Under the pieces are notes generated by a model. The model made no database searches. It was not told the origin of the DNA and saw only the letters and a program-made list of their open reading frames with translations. Of a DNA stretch of 32,000 nt, positions 1 to 9,309 are shown piece by piece. How positions within the stretch are numbered: position 1 is the first letter of the stretch; the number at the start of each line of letters is the position of its first letter. Source of the DNA: Halorussus rarus (GTDB taxonomy: Archaea; Halobacteriota; Halobacteria; Halobacteriales; Haladaptataceae). Both the position numbers and the translations under genes were made by a program. The stretch is taken from positions 1,079,589-1,111,588 of the forward strand of contig NZ_QPMJ01000001.1 of assembly GCF_003369835.1 (NCBI RefSeq), written 5' to 3'.

Positions 1-11
1 TGGCAACCGGT

Positions 12-1082
12 GTGACGGATTTCATTCAAATTGACGAAGTGCGGCACGAAATCGATTCTACGTATCCCAACCCTGGCACTGACGCCTCACGCGATCTTTC
101 GGTCCCGAACAACGGGTACAGTCACAAACTAATCGGACAGACTGTCGAATTCCTCTGCAAAGTCTGGTTGTACCGGAACAGTCAGGAAGTTATTCGACCG
201 TCAATCCACTCATCCAGAGAATTGGAAGACGATGATGGCGAGAAATGGGTTAGAGGCGCTCGACACCGTAAAATACCGGAAATCACCGTAACAGTATTCG
301 ACGGGAATAAATGGGAAGACCGTACTGGGGGCCCGTCAAATCAAACCGAATGGGATGCGATGAATGAAGACCGGCCCGACTGGGATCAACGAAGCTCGGT
401 TCAGTGGGCAGAAAATGAGGCCCTCTCTAAAATAGTCAATCAGTTCGTCGAGACAGGAATGAATACAGACGGTGTCGTGAAAGCCGCGCTACTCAACGCG
501 GGTTGGCAACCCGCTGACGCAATCCAAACTTGGATCAACCGTGAAGCGATTGAGAACGAACTCCTCCGTGAAATAGAAAAGCTATTCAGCCTTCTCCGTA
601 CCCAAGAATGGGGTGACGGCGGGGTAGTATTTGAAAAGCCCCGATTCGGAAACTACCGCCACATTCTCCCCGGGGAAGGCGACTTCATCGTTGATGATTT
701 ACTAGTTGACATCAAGACAACAGAGCGGAAATCATTCACGAACGCATTCTGGCGGCAACTCCTGTTGTACTACGTGCTGAATGACGTACAACGCGAACTG
801 TATGATGCAGAGACCGTCTCCCGAAGCGGCCGAGAGCGATTCAATGGCAAGTACCCCGAAATAACTCGCGTTGGAATCTATTTCGCCCGCCACGGAGAAT
901 TACAAACCGTTGATATCAGCGAACTCATCGATGATGCAGAACGGTACAAGGAGTTCCGAGCCTGGATCGTTGATCGGGCAATCGAAGAGAACCGGCATGC
1001 CCAAATCAATTACTCAGCAATCAGGGAAGTACTCACTAAACCATACGAGTACGAGCGGCAACAATCCCTCTTCGATTTCTAA
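12..1082 (+). CDS. PD-(D/E)xK nuclease-fold protein (RecB/Cas4-like motif set), function unknown; possibly 5'-truncated by the window edge
   Basis: 356-codon ORF starting at GTG 12. The frame stays open back to base 3, so the true start may lie upstream of the window. The C-terminal third reads GEGDFIVDDLLVDIKTTE...FWRQLLLYY, i.e. D / (D/E)-x-K / Q-x-x-x-Y in the order typical of RecB-family PD-(D/E)xK nucleases. Composition is acidic; competing ORFs are short and overlapping. Confidence 0.6.
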   Translation: MTDFIQIDEVRHEIDSTYPNPGTDASRDLSVPNNGYSHKLIGQTVEFLCKVWLYRNSQEVIRPSIHSSRELEDDDGEKWVRGARHRKIPEITVTVFDGNKWEDRTGGPSNQTEWDAMNEDRPDWDQRSSVQWAENEALSKIVNQFVETGMNTDGVVKAALLNAGWQPADAIQTWINREAIENELLREIEKLFSLLRTQEWGDGGVVFEKPRFGNYRHILPGEGDFIVDDLLVDIKTTERKSFTNAFWRQLLLYYVLNDVQRELYDAETVSRSGRERFNGKYPEITRVGIYFARHGELQTVDISELIDDAERYKEFRAWIVDRAIEENRHAQINYSAIREVLTKPYEYERQQSLFDF

Positions 1083-1137
1083 CACTACACTCCAAAGAAT
1101 CACTGAAGAATAACCGATTAACACTTCACCTCCCTAA

Positions 1138-1833
1138 ATGACAAATCAACCGACTACCTTCGATGATCACGACCCACTCGCTAACCACATCCTGAACGTT
1201 CTAGAGGACTTCATTGATGAGATCGGAGCACGCGAATGCACCGCACACTTCGACACTGTCGTTGACGGAAAATACTTTCTCAAAGGACAGAACCTCATCC
1301 AAAAACCAGAGCGTTTCATCGAAGACCATCTCGTGTTCCCGATGCTCCGACAGGCATTCGGGTACTCGTTGCGCCCACAACCGAAACAGTACGCGCCACG
1401 ATGGCCACGAGGCGGCGGCATCCCCGACTTCGCAATTACTTCGATTCCAATGGAAGCAGCGATGCAGCAGGACATCCGGTTTTTCGGCGAAGTAAAACCC
1501 CCAAAGAAAATCGAGAACGCCCGGAATGACATGGAGAACTATCTTGATAGCGACCTCGACATCCATGCAGTAGCAATTCTTTCTGACGGATTTGACTGGG
1601 AACTCTGGATTCGACCGAAAGGAGAATCCATCGACGATCTCGATAACCCGGTTCAAGAAGCCAGTCTCCGAGACTCGCTCAGAACCGTCCGCACACGAAA
1701 TATGCAGACCGCATCATATCGACCACACAAAGTCCGCAGCAACATTGACACAGAAGCATTCTCTGAATTCACTGCAGACGCAGTCCTCGACATAATCGAA
1801 GCAAAATTCGATGTCCCAGTCACTGACTTCTAA
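1138..1833 (+). CDS. restriction-endonuclease-like (HsdR_N/Mrr-type PD-ExK) domain protein, function unknown
   Basis: 231-codon ORF with ATG 56 nt after the previous stop. The core reads GGGIPDFAITS ... FFGEVKPPKK ... NYLDS ... AILSDGFDWELW, i.e. D ... E-V-K followed by the xDG-x-W-x-L strand pattern seen in HsdR N-terminal / Mrr-like nuclease domains. Confidence 0.55.
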   Translation: MTNQPTTFDDHDPLANHILNVLEDFIDEIGARECTAHFDTVVDGKYFLKGQNLIQKPERFIEDHLVFPMLRQAFGYSLRPQPKQYAPRWPRGGGIPDFAITSIPMEAAMQQDIRFFGEVKPPKKIENARNDMENYLDSDLDIHAVAILSDGFDWELWIRPKGESIDDLDNPVQEASLRDSLRTVRTRNMQTASYRPHKVRSNIDTEAFSEFTADAVLDIIEAKFDVPVTDF

Positions 1834-2028
1834 AACAAGTATCCCATCATCAGGTCTCACCCGAATCAAACGCAACTCGGCAAAGCTGAGCCTCCGCTTG
1901 TCAGCGGTGAACGAATCCACATTATCAGGAGTATCGACCCGGATGCGATCTCGCTTAATGAAACGCCGGATTATCAGATGAGACGGCAGTGATGGTAATT
2001 AGCACTCGGAGATCTATGGTGCTCGCAG

Positions 2029-3399
2029 TCAGATCGGGTGCCGAGTCGGTGTCACCCCCGCGTCAGAGAATGAGAGTTCTGTCACAAACCCGTCGTGATC
2101 ACGGTACGCTGGCCCGACACGTGCTGCTGGTCCCGTGTACAACACTGGTGTTCCGTCCATCGCCTCGAACGAGTACCCAGTCTCGAAGTCATCGCCGCGC
2201 GGCCGATGCTCATCACCCACTAGCACACAGTCGAACGAGACGCGTGACTGCGCGAGCAACTCATCGAGATCAACATCTGCAGTCGAACTGTCCCGGTACG
2301 GCGTCACCCCATCGTGTAGACACAGCACATTCGGCCCCGGCGACGCCGCGCCGAACGCAATCTCCGACGGACGCCACCCAAGCGACTCGTAGGTCCCGAC
2401 GTCATCGATTCCAACGTTCTCCGCCGAGACCCCGTACGCGTCAAGCGGCCCGCCAGCAACCGGCGTCGGATTAGTCGAGAGTTCAATCAGGTACTCGTTC
2501 CGCACTTGGTCTTTCATCCACGCAATCCCATCCACAGAATTCGAATAGAACGGATTCGCTGCGTTGTGGTCGTGCGTCCCGAGAATACAGTACACCGGGA
2601 TACCACAGAGCGTCAAATCACGCAAACTCGACTCTGCAGCATCAAGCGTCACCGCATCCACCTCGTGATCCAGCAAATCACCAGTGTGAATCACCGCATC
2701 AACGTCCCGCTCCATCGCAATCGTTCGAATCCGCCGCATCGTGTCCCGACTATTAATCTCCTCAATCCACGACACCGTCTTCCCACTCCCCGTCTCCGCA
2801 CGATTCTCGTACCCGAGATGCGCATCACTCACAAACAGGACCGTCGTCTCAGCGCCAATCCCTCCGCGTCCCGTGTTCTCTCGTGCCTGGCGAACCCGCT
2901 CCGGGTCGAGCAGCATCTCCACACCATCACCGGGTTGATCAGCTGCCGGTTCAGCTGGGAATTCCGCCAACAGCGAGATCGCCCAATCAACCTCCCCCGT
3001 CGAGACTTGTACTGGAAGCACTTCTCCTGACTCCGGTGCAACAGGCAACCTTGCACCCGCGGGTACATACCGACGATCCTCCTCTCGCGGCTTTGCCACC
3101 GTGATCGCCGAGAACTCCGTCACCCGATCACCATTCCCATGTCGCCGCGCGTAGTCCTTCCGCTTCCCAAAATTTCGCTCCTTCTGCTGAGCGCCGTAAC
3201 AAGACGCCTCATTAGCCAACAACTCATCACCGTACAGCACAGACCGCAACGCCAATTTCCACTCCGAATCGGCCCCAGAAGGCAGCGAACCATACAGGAC
3301 CGAGAGAGAATCGTACAGCTCAGTCAACTCATTCCCAGTACCCATCGTACACACTATCCCAATCCTGTCGGGCGATATTAAACCCGTGATGTACGGCAC
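2029..3399 (-). CDS. Mre11/SbcD-like calcineurin-fold metallophosphoesterase with an unrecognised ~190-aa N-terminal region
   Basis: 456-codon ORF (GTG at 3399; first ATG at 3345). The C-terminal part carries the ordered phosphoesterase motifs VLFVSDAHLG (D-x-H), VIHTGDLLD (GD) and ILGTHDHN (GNHD-like). Plus-strand ORFs across the same span are Arg/Pro/Ser/Thr/His-rich antisense artefacts. Confidence 0.75.
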   Translation of the reverse strand: MPYITGLISPDRIGIVCTMGTGNELTELYDSLSVLYGSLPSGADSEWKLALRSVLYGDELLANEASCYGAQQKERNFGKRKDYARRHGNGDRVTEFSAITVAKPREEDRRYVPAGARLPVAPESGEVLPVQVSTGEVDWAISLLAEFPAEPAADQPGDGVEMLLDPERVRQARENTGRGGIGAETTVLFVSDAHLGYENRAETGSGKTVSWIEEINSRDTMRRIRTIAMERDVDAVIHTGDLLDHEVDAVTLDAAESSLRDLTLCGIPVYCILGTHDHNAANPFYSNSVDGIAWMKDQVRNEYLIELSTNPTPVAGGPLDAYGVSAENVGIDDVGTYESLGWRPSEIAFGAASPGPNVLCLHDGVTPYRDSSTADVDLDELLAQSRVSFDCVLVGDEHRPRGDDFETGYSFEAMDGTPVLYTGPAARVGPAYRDHDGFVTELSFSDAGVTPTRHPI

Positions 3400-3465
3400 G
3401 TACCGTTTGCTCTTCAGAAAACGAAAGGCGTTGGTTCTAAGCCACCACCTCTTCTGGATGTATAT

Positions 3466-4116
3466 ATGACTTCAACTGATCTCGTCGATGGGTTCGTCTC
3501 GACTAAAGAAACTCTCAGTGACGCAGGTATTGATGACGAGTTCTTTCTTGACCTGATCGCCGCACGTCTGTTGATAGAGCGCGTGGGCGAGTCGAATAAC
3601 CAAGGTTGGTGGGACTCACGAGTTCTGTCCGAGACTGGGCGGGCACGACTCGAAGAAGTAACGCCGAAAACACAACTCCAATCTCGAATCACCCTCGCAT
3701 CGAAAGTCGGCCGGAAAGCAGAAGCAGACCGTCTTCCAGCAGATTCCATCTGTCTGTTCTCGTTCGGCCCACAAGTGGAATCACGTCTCTCGGCAGCCCT
3801 TGAAGACATCGATGCTGTCGACGACAATCCTCTAGAGGAACTTGAGAATGTCTCTGTGCAATCACTGGATGAAGGGTGGACGGACCGAATCATCGATGAA
3901 ACTGGATCAAATATCACAGCGGAGTCTACCACGCTCACCGAGCCAGGAACCGGTGGTTCATTCCAGATCGAGGAAGATGGGTACACACAGTCCGAAATTG
4001 AACCAGAGAAATGGCGGCTGCTGGTCACCCTTCTACAAGGGTACGGACAGAACACTGATCGCCTCCGTGTACCGTACTACCCCCTCAAGTCAGAGCTTAA
4101 ATCCGAAAACGCGTGA
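3466..4116 (+). CDS. acidic hypothetical protein, first gene of the BREX operon (BrxE-like by position only)
   Basis: 216-codon ORF. Its stop lies 9 nt before the brxA ATG on the same strand. It is divergent from the phosphoesterase gene across a 66-bp spacer. Composition is strongly acidic and coding-like. I recognise no catalytic motif. Confidence 0.6.
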   Translation: MTSTDLVDGFVSTKETLSDAGIDDEFFLDLIAARLLIERVGESNNQGWWDSRVLSETGRARLEEVTPKTQLQSRITLASKVGRKAEADRLPADSICLFSFGPQVESRLSAALEDIDAVDDNPLEELENVSVQSLDEGWTDRIIDETGSNITAESTTLTEPGTGGSFQIEEDGYTQSEIEPEKWRLLVTLLQGYGQNTDRLRVPYYPLKSELKSENA

Positions 4117-4125
4117 GATATTCAT

Positions 4126-4938
4126 ATGAGTAACGAGCATATCGAGCCGGGAGATGGCAAGGAAACAGATGCAGCGGCGAGTCTCGACCCGAAAATCGCC
4201 CACCACAGTACGTATATCGACGAAACCAAGACAATTCTCAGTACCTACGCTGAATGCGAATCCTACGAAGAGCTGGAGCGCCAAGTCGTAGAGGGGAACA
4301 TCCTAAACAAGAACACGGACGAATACCGGACAAATATTCTCCGGGAAGTAACGCGTCGCCATCTCCCTGACAAGGAGGAGTACACGGAAACCCCGCTGAT
4401 GCAGGTGGTGACTGCGGCCGTTCGTAGTGACGTGGTGGACTGGTGTCTTTATTACGAATTCGCCCAAGACCCGTTTATTCGACTCGTTACAACTGATTTC
4501 CTCTATCCAGAATTTGAGCGTGGAACGCTCGCAGTCCAAGCTGTCGACATCGTTGAATTCATCGAATCGATTCAAGAGAACTACGCGGATCTGCGAGAAC
4601 GTTCAGAATCAACGATCAACGAGGCCGCTACCAAATATCTCACCTCCCTCCGTAACTTTGGCCTCCTAGAGGGAACCCAACGGAAGGAATTCGCAGTCAC
4701 ATACATCCCGGATGAAACCATCGCCTATGTAGTGTATCGGCTCTTCCAGAAAGGCGCAAACTCCGCGTCGGAAATCATCGATCACGAAGACTGGAAGTTG
4801 TTCCTCATGAATGAGTCAGAGGTGCAGCGACGGATTCGGGATATCTCCCCGCAATACGTAACCTACGAGAAACGTGGCTCTACAGAACGACTCGTCAAAA
4901 AGTACGATAGTATGGAGAACCTCATCAATGCCTTCTGA
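4126..4938 (+). CDS. brxA: BREX protein BrxA (DUF1819-like)
   Basis: 270-codon ORF immediately upstream of brxB/brxC. Segments GNILNKNTDEYRTNILREVTRRHL and SESTINEAATKYLTSLRNFGLLEG resemble the conserved BrxA helices as I remember them (N-x-L-x-K-x-s...R...i..RL, then ...GLL). Position in the operon is canonical. Confidence 0.65.
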   Translation: MSNEHIEPGDGKETDAAASLDPKIAHHSTYIDETKTILSTYAECESYEELERQVVEGNILNKNTDEYRTNILREVTRRHLPDKEEYTETPLMQVVTAAVRSDVVDWCLYYEFAQDPFIRLVTTDFLYPEFERGTLAVQAVDIVEFIESIQENYADLRERSESTINEAATKYLTSLRNFGLLEGTQRKEFAVTYIPDETIAYVVYRLFQKGANSASEIIDHEDWKLFLMNESEVQRRIRDISPQYVTYEKRGSTERLVKKYDSMENLINAF

Positions 4939-5497
4939 CTTTCAGGAACGGCTCGAAGAGGTCGAACGGCTCGTTCGAGATGACCGGGACGAAGTCGGGA
5001 AGCGGGCAGGAGTACCCTTTATTGTATTCACATACGACCCGGCTGACGAGATCGAGGTCGATGAGGAAGTCCGGAATCTCATCGATAAACTAGAGTACCA
5101 TAATCAGAATGTCGCGGGAATCGATATGCGTGAACTAGTCCTTTCAACCCTCGAAGACCGTGGAATTCTGGACAGAGTTGCCGATCTCGAACGAAGAGAT
5201 AGAGACCAGCTACTTGATGGGCTGAAATCATCTCTATTGGACGGCGGAGAGATGGGAAAACTGGCGTCTGCGATTGCAGAACAGGCAGAGAAAGCTGACA
5301 CCGTCATTGTCTACCGAATGGGTATTCTCTACCCGTTCGCTAGCGCCTCCACTCTGATGGGGCAATTAGAAACGAACACGCCGGACGATACGCCAATCGT
5401 ATTCTGTTATCCGGCGAAAGTAGATGACAAGAGCTTAAGATTCCTCGATGAATCTGAAGGAACATATTACCGCGCAAGAGTGATCGGACATGAGTGA
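4928..5497 (+). CDS. brxB: BREX protein BrxB (DUF1788-like)
   Basis: The ORF is open from 4874, but the ATG at 4928 overlaps the brxA stop (4936-4938) by only 11 nt and gives a 189-aa product of typical BrxB size. It contains VPFIVFTYDPADE, matching the f-x-Y-d-P-x-d-E signature I associate with DUF1788. Its stop overlaps the brxC start (ATGAGTGA at 5490-5497). Confidence 0.7.
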   Translation: MPSDFQERLEEVERLVRDDRDEVGKRAGVPFIVFTYDPADEIEVDEEVRNLIDKLEYHNQNVAGIDMRELVLSTLEDRGILDRVADLERRDRDQLLDGLKSSLLDGGEMGKLASAIAEQAEKADTVIVYRMGILYPFASASTLMGQLETNTPDDTPIVFCYPAKVDDKSLRFLDESEGTYYRARVIGHE

Positions 5498-8400
5498 CAC
5501 TACCACATCACACCAGATACACGAAATATTCTACCGGCCGATCAACCGAAAGATCGACCGCGTCGTCAAAGTCGACAACGACGACCCAAGCGTCGTCAAA
5601 AAAGAACTCGAAGAGTACATCCTCACACCGCAGCTTGAACGGCACTTCTCGGAGGCCCTAGAGGCCGTCATCGACACTGAACACGCACAGACGGAAGACG
5701 TCGGTATGTGGGTTTCCGGCTTCTTCGGCTCCGGGAAGAGCCACTTCATGAAGATTCTCGGACACGTCTTGGAAAACCGCGAATTCGATGATACCCAGGC
5801 AGCCGATATGTTCCGAGATCGAATCGAGAACAACGAGATGCTCGACGGCGCGGTCGGCTCCGTAACTCAGAAATTCGACTCCGAGGTGTTGATGTTCCAA
5901 ATCGGGGCAAAAGCCGATGCATCCGGTAGCGAGTCGATCACGGAGATCATTCACCGGGAATTCAACATCTCACGTGGCTACGCGTCGATGCCCTGGGTTG
6001 CCCAGATGGAACAAGAACTCGAATCCCGAGACGTCTACGATGACTTCGTGGATGCTATCGAGAAAAACACCGGGAAAGACTGGGCCGAGGTGCGCAACGA
6101 GGCTATGTTCGTCCGGCCGGATATGAAGAAAGCACTCGTCGAAACCGGCGAGTACAGTAGTGAGGATGAAGCTGGCCGAGCAATTGACGACGTTCAAGAT
6201 AACGTCCTGATCAACGCTTCAACGCTGGCAGAAGATATCGTGGAGCACGTCGAAAAACGCGAAGCGGAAACAGGTGACAATTGTCGGTACTTTGTCTTCA
6301 TCGACGAGATTTCTCAGTTTATCGGTGACGACGGACAGCTCCTTTTGGAACTGCAGAGCATCGTTGAGGAGTTCGGACAGAAAGGAAAGGGAAAGATCTT
6401 CCTCGGCGTCACATCCCAAGAGCAACTCCAGCAACTGATTCCCGGTGTTCTTGAGAAGGAAGCTGAGGAGTCAAAGGTCATCGACCGCTTCCCCCATCGG
6501 TTCGATCTCACCTCCGAAAACCTCGATAAGGTCGTCCGTGACCGCGTTCTTAGCAAAAAAGGCGAGTTCAGAGGGGTACTCGGCGATCTCTACACCCAAC
6601 ACGAGGGAATCCTCTCAGCTCGCTACAAGCTGGACTCCGGTCAGAGTTTGAAATCGATCACCAGAAACAACTTCATCGACTGCTACCCCTTCCTCCCATA
6701 TCAACTGGATATCCTGCCGGAAATCTTCCAGGCACTCGGAAAGGGTTCGAGCGACCAGTTAACAGGAGGAGAACGAACCCTGATTGACGTCACACAAAGC
6801 GTTCTCAAAGACGAAGATCACCTCTACAACGACGAACTGGGGTCCCTTGTCACGATGGACATGATCTTCGACGAGATCAGTAACGATATCCCCAGTAGTG
6901 ACGTCAAATCCATCCGCGAGGCAAGTCCACAGAATGCTGCCGATGAAATCTCCCGACGTGTCCTGAAAGCACTTTACCTGCTCCAACAGCTGCCGTGGAT
7001 CCCGAACACTGCCGACAACATTGCGACGTCACTCCAGAGGGAACTCGGCCCCACCCAAGAGCTGGAGAGTGAAGTAGAAGACACCCTTGAAGCCCTCGTC
7101 GATGCGGGCTACGTCCGCCATGATGAGGAAGGATATCGGATCCTGAAAGAAACCGAGCAAGAGCTCGAAAACGAAATCAAAGGAATCGACGTCGGGCCAG
7201 GCGACATCCGTCGGTCGTCCAAGCGTTTCCTGAACGATATCCTCGACGACACCTCGCGCGTCAACTATGATGGGCAGACGTTCCAGTTGAACCTGACTAT
7301 TGACGACGAGCAAATCACATCCAAGGGATACATCGACCTCAAAACGTACTCTCCGATCTACCAGCGATACGAGGATATCGACCCTGATGGTCTGAAGACC
7401 CAGAGTTTCAGCGAGGACGATACTCTCTACTGGGTCGCAGACGACGCGAAACAGAACGATATCTACGAGAAGCTCAAGTCGATTTATCAGATCAACACTA
7501 TCGTCAAAGAGAAGCGCGGTGAGGAACTCAGCCAAGAAGAACAGGAAGCGCTCGGCCAGAAACAGGAAGATCTCCAGCGGCTCCGTAACGAAGTCAAACG
7601 GGAGTTCGAGCGCAGCTTCCAGCGAGGCAAGCTCATTTACAACGGGGAAACCGACGAATTTGACGCGACTAACACCTCGCTCAGCTCGCTCGTCGCACGG
7701 AAAGCCGATAACGCCATCCCGAAAGTCTTCACCAGCTTCAAGCACGGCTCCGCGACAGTCAAAGACCGACACATCTCAGAAATTTTCGGCGACCTACAAG
7801 GATCGTCGAATCCGTCGGTATTTTCCGAGTTAGGTGTCGTTCAGGACGGTGAACTCATCGCCGAAGCCCGCATCGCCTCCGAAATCGAGGACGAAATCCA
7901 ACGGCGCGAAAAAGCCGGCGAGAACCGCTCCGGTGGCGACCTGATCGACCATTTCGCCGAACCTCCCTACGGATGGAGTCGAGAGGTCGTCCGACTGGCC
8001 ACAGCGGTCCTCTTCCGGAACGGCTCTATCATTCCGACCTACAAGGAACGAACGTACGGCACGTACACAGAGGACGGCGCACAGGAACTGTTCACCCAGG
8101 TCACGAAGTTCAAGTCCACGTCCTTCGACGAGCGAGAAACCGTCGATGTCGAAACTCGAACCGACGCCAAGCAGCTACTCGACCGACTGTTCGACCGGAA
8201 GGTCAAATCCACTGACCAGGCAGTGGACGAGGGAATCCGAGAAGAAGCAAACGACTGGGAGTCAACGACGAGTACGCTGCTCTCCCAGCTACGGAGGTTG
8301 GATTTCCCGCTGGCCGATAATGTCGAGGACTTCCAGAACCGACTCAACAATTTGCTCCAGCAACCCACTTCCGCTAAGCGCATCAAGAAGTTCGTCGAGT

Positions 8401-9134
8401 TCGAGGACGAACTAGAGGATCTCACCAAATCTGCGAAAGCGGTCGCCGACTTCTGTGGCGAACCGGACGGTGAGAACCACTTAGAAGAGTACGAGACGAT
8501 TCAGGACTTCATCGCTGGAGAGTGGGAGACGCACGTCGACGAAGCAGCCGACCACCCAGAGCTCGTTGACATCAGTGACGAAGCACGCGAGGCCGCCGAC
8601 CGCGTCAAGAACACACTGGACACCGAGGGCGTCATCCAACAATGGAACGACGTCAAGACAGATTACCGGGCGGCGGCTGAAGCCTTCGTCTCGACGTACG
8701 AAGCGCTGTACGAGAAACGATACGAGACGTACACTGACTCCATCGAATCGGTGGAAGCATACGCAGGCCCCGACATCGATGAGAACGATCTCGACTCGGC
8801 CCTGTCGGACCTGGCGGAACGGCAGGGCAATGGGTCGGTCGATTTGGACATCTCGAACAAGGACCATATCAATCCGGATCCCTCGCTCACGCGCCTCATC
8901 GAACACATTCAGACCGTCGACGCATACGAGAACGGTGCGAAAACCGAAATCGACGATTTGGGTGGGGGCGGTGGCGGTGGTGGAACAGTCCGCGAGAGCG
9001 TAGATATCGACGACATCTTCGGGAGCGTCGTCGTAACTGATCCCGAAGATATCGAGGCACCAATTGACGAATTACGAGGTGAAATCGAGGATCTCCTCGA
9101 ACAAGACGGGGACGTAGAGATCCGGTTCCGGTAA
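5490..9134 (+). CDS. brxC: BREX ATPase BrxC/PglY (P-loop NTPase, DUF499-type)
   Basis: 1214-codon ORF. Walker A is GFFGSGKSHF (about 5721-5741) and a Walker B-like run is YFVFIDEISQF (about 6288-6320). Size and position between brxB and pglX are canonical. The C-terminus has an eight-Gly linker (8961-8984) followed by an acidic 50-aa tail. Confidence 0.9.
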   Translation: MSDTTTSHQIHEIFYRPINRKIDRVVKVDNDDPSVVKKELEEYILTPQLERHFSEALEAVIDTEHAQTEDVGMWVSGFFGSGKSHFMKILGHVLENREFDDTQAADMFRDRIENNEMLDGAVGSVTQKFDSEVLMFQIGAKADASGSESITEIIHREFNISRGYASMPWVAQMEQELESRDVYDDFVDAIEKNTGKDWAEVRNEAMFVRPDMKKALVETGEYSSEDEAGRAIDDVQDNVLINASTLAEDIVEHVEKREAETGDNCRYFVFIDEISQFIGDDGQLLLELQSIVEEFGQKGKGKIFLGVTSQEQLQQLIPGVLEKEAEESKVIDRFPHRFDLTSENLDKVVRDRVLSKKGEFRGVLGDLYTQHEGILSARYKLDSGQSLKSITRNNFIDCYPFLPYQLDILPEIFQALGKGSSDQLTGGERTLIDVTQSVLKDEDHLYNDELGSLVTMDMIFDEISNDIPSSDVKSIREASPQNAADEISRRVLKALYLLQQLPWIPNTADNIATSLQRELGPTQELESEVEDTLEALVDAGYVRHDEEGYRILKETEQELENEIKGIDVGPGDIRRSSKRFLNDILDDTSRVNYDGQTFQLNLTIDDEQITSKGYIDLKTYSPIYQRYEDIDPDGLKTQSFSEDDTLYWVADDAKQNDIYEKLKSIYQINTIVKEKRGEELSQEEQEALGQKQEDLQRLRNEVKREFERSFQRGKLIYNGETDEFDATNTSLSSLVARKADNAIPKVFTSFKHGSATVKDRHISEIFGDLQGSSNPSVFSELGVVQDGELIAEARIASEIEDEIQRREKAGENRSGGDLIDHFAEPPYGWSREVVRLATAVLFRNGSIIPTYKERTYGTYTEDGAQELFTQVTKFKSTSFDERETVDVETRTDAKQLLDRLFDRKVKSTDQAVDEGIREEANDWESTTSTLLSQLRRLDFPLADNVEDFQNRLNNLLQQPTSAKRIKKFVEFEDELEDLTKSAKAVADFCGEPDGENHLEEYETIQDFIAGEWETHVDEAADHPELVDISDEAREAADRVKNTLDTEGVIQQWNDVKTDYRAAAEAFVSTYEALYEKRYETYTDSIESVEAYAGPDIDENDLDSALSDLAERQGNGSVDLDISNKDHINPDPSLTRLIEHIQTVDAYENGAKTEIDDLGGGGGGGGTVRESVDIDDIFGSVVVTDPEDIEAPIDELRGEIEDLLEQDGDVEIRFR

Positions 9135-9273
9135 TCTACCGGTTCGGATTCGACCTTTTGCTGGTGGCCCGCTGTTAGATTCGGCAAACACTGGGCAGCA
9201 CGCTTTCCCACAATTATAAGACACGCCGAATACTTGCTCGTTGTATGTCATCGCGGGCGGGAATCCCGATACA

Positions 9274-9309
9274 GCGTACTGCCGTCCCGTCCGTTTCGTG
9301 GCAGTACGC
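9274..9309 (+). promoter_or_regulatory. perfect 10-bp stem / 16-nt loop hairpin 15 nt upstream of the pglX ATG
   Basis: GCGTACTGCC (9274-9283) is the exact reverse complement of GGCAGTACGC (9300-9309). The loop is gtcccgtccgtttcgt. It lies in the 190-bp brxC-pglX spacer, downstream of a TTATAA element (9214-9219). Confidence 0.5.

Noticed and set aside
1714-1990. Minus-strand reading frame (...DNVDSFTADKRRLSFAELRLIRVRPDDGILVL) in the gap after the second nuclease gene; possible gene remnant.
   Set aside because: It is short, partly overlaps the 3' end of the 1138-1833 gene, and has no recognisable motif or credible start. I cannot support it as a gene or a pseudogene.
1989-3381. Plus-strand ORFs 1989-2474, 2506-3030, 2883-3104 and 3139-3381.
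   Set aside because: They are antisense to the motif-bearing metallophosphoesterase gene. Their translations are Arg/Pro/Thr/His-rich low-complexity sequence.
3414-4055. 213-aa minus-strand ORF opposite the first BREX operon gene.
   Set aside because: It is Ser/Arg-rich and non-acidic. The plus-strand frame is acidic, coding-like and coupled to brxA.
4874-4927. Upstream start for brxB at 4874, as in the ORF track.
   Set aside because: It would overlap brxA by 65 nt and add an implausible N-terminus (MALQNDSSKSTIVWRTSS). The ATG at 4928 gives a typical BrxB length and a short overlap.
7029-7772. 247-aa minus-strand ORF inside brxC.
   Set aside because: It is antisense to a motif-supported 1214-aa gene. 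Its hydrophobic, Leu/Val/Phe-rich translation is what the reverse complement of Glu/Asp/Lys-rich coding sequence produces.
8961-8984. Poly-Gly coding runs (also at 28546-28569) as slipped-strand phase-variation tracts.
   Set aside because: The runs use mixed GGT/GGG/GGC/GGA codons, not a homopolymer or a perfect short tandem repeat. Slippage-based switching is therefore unlikely.
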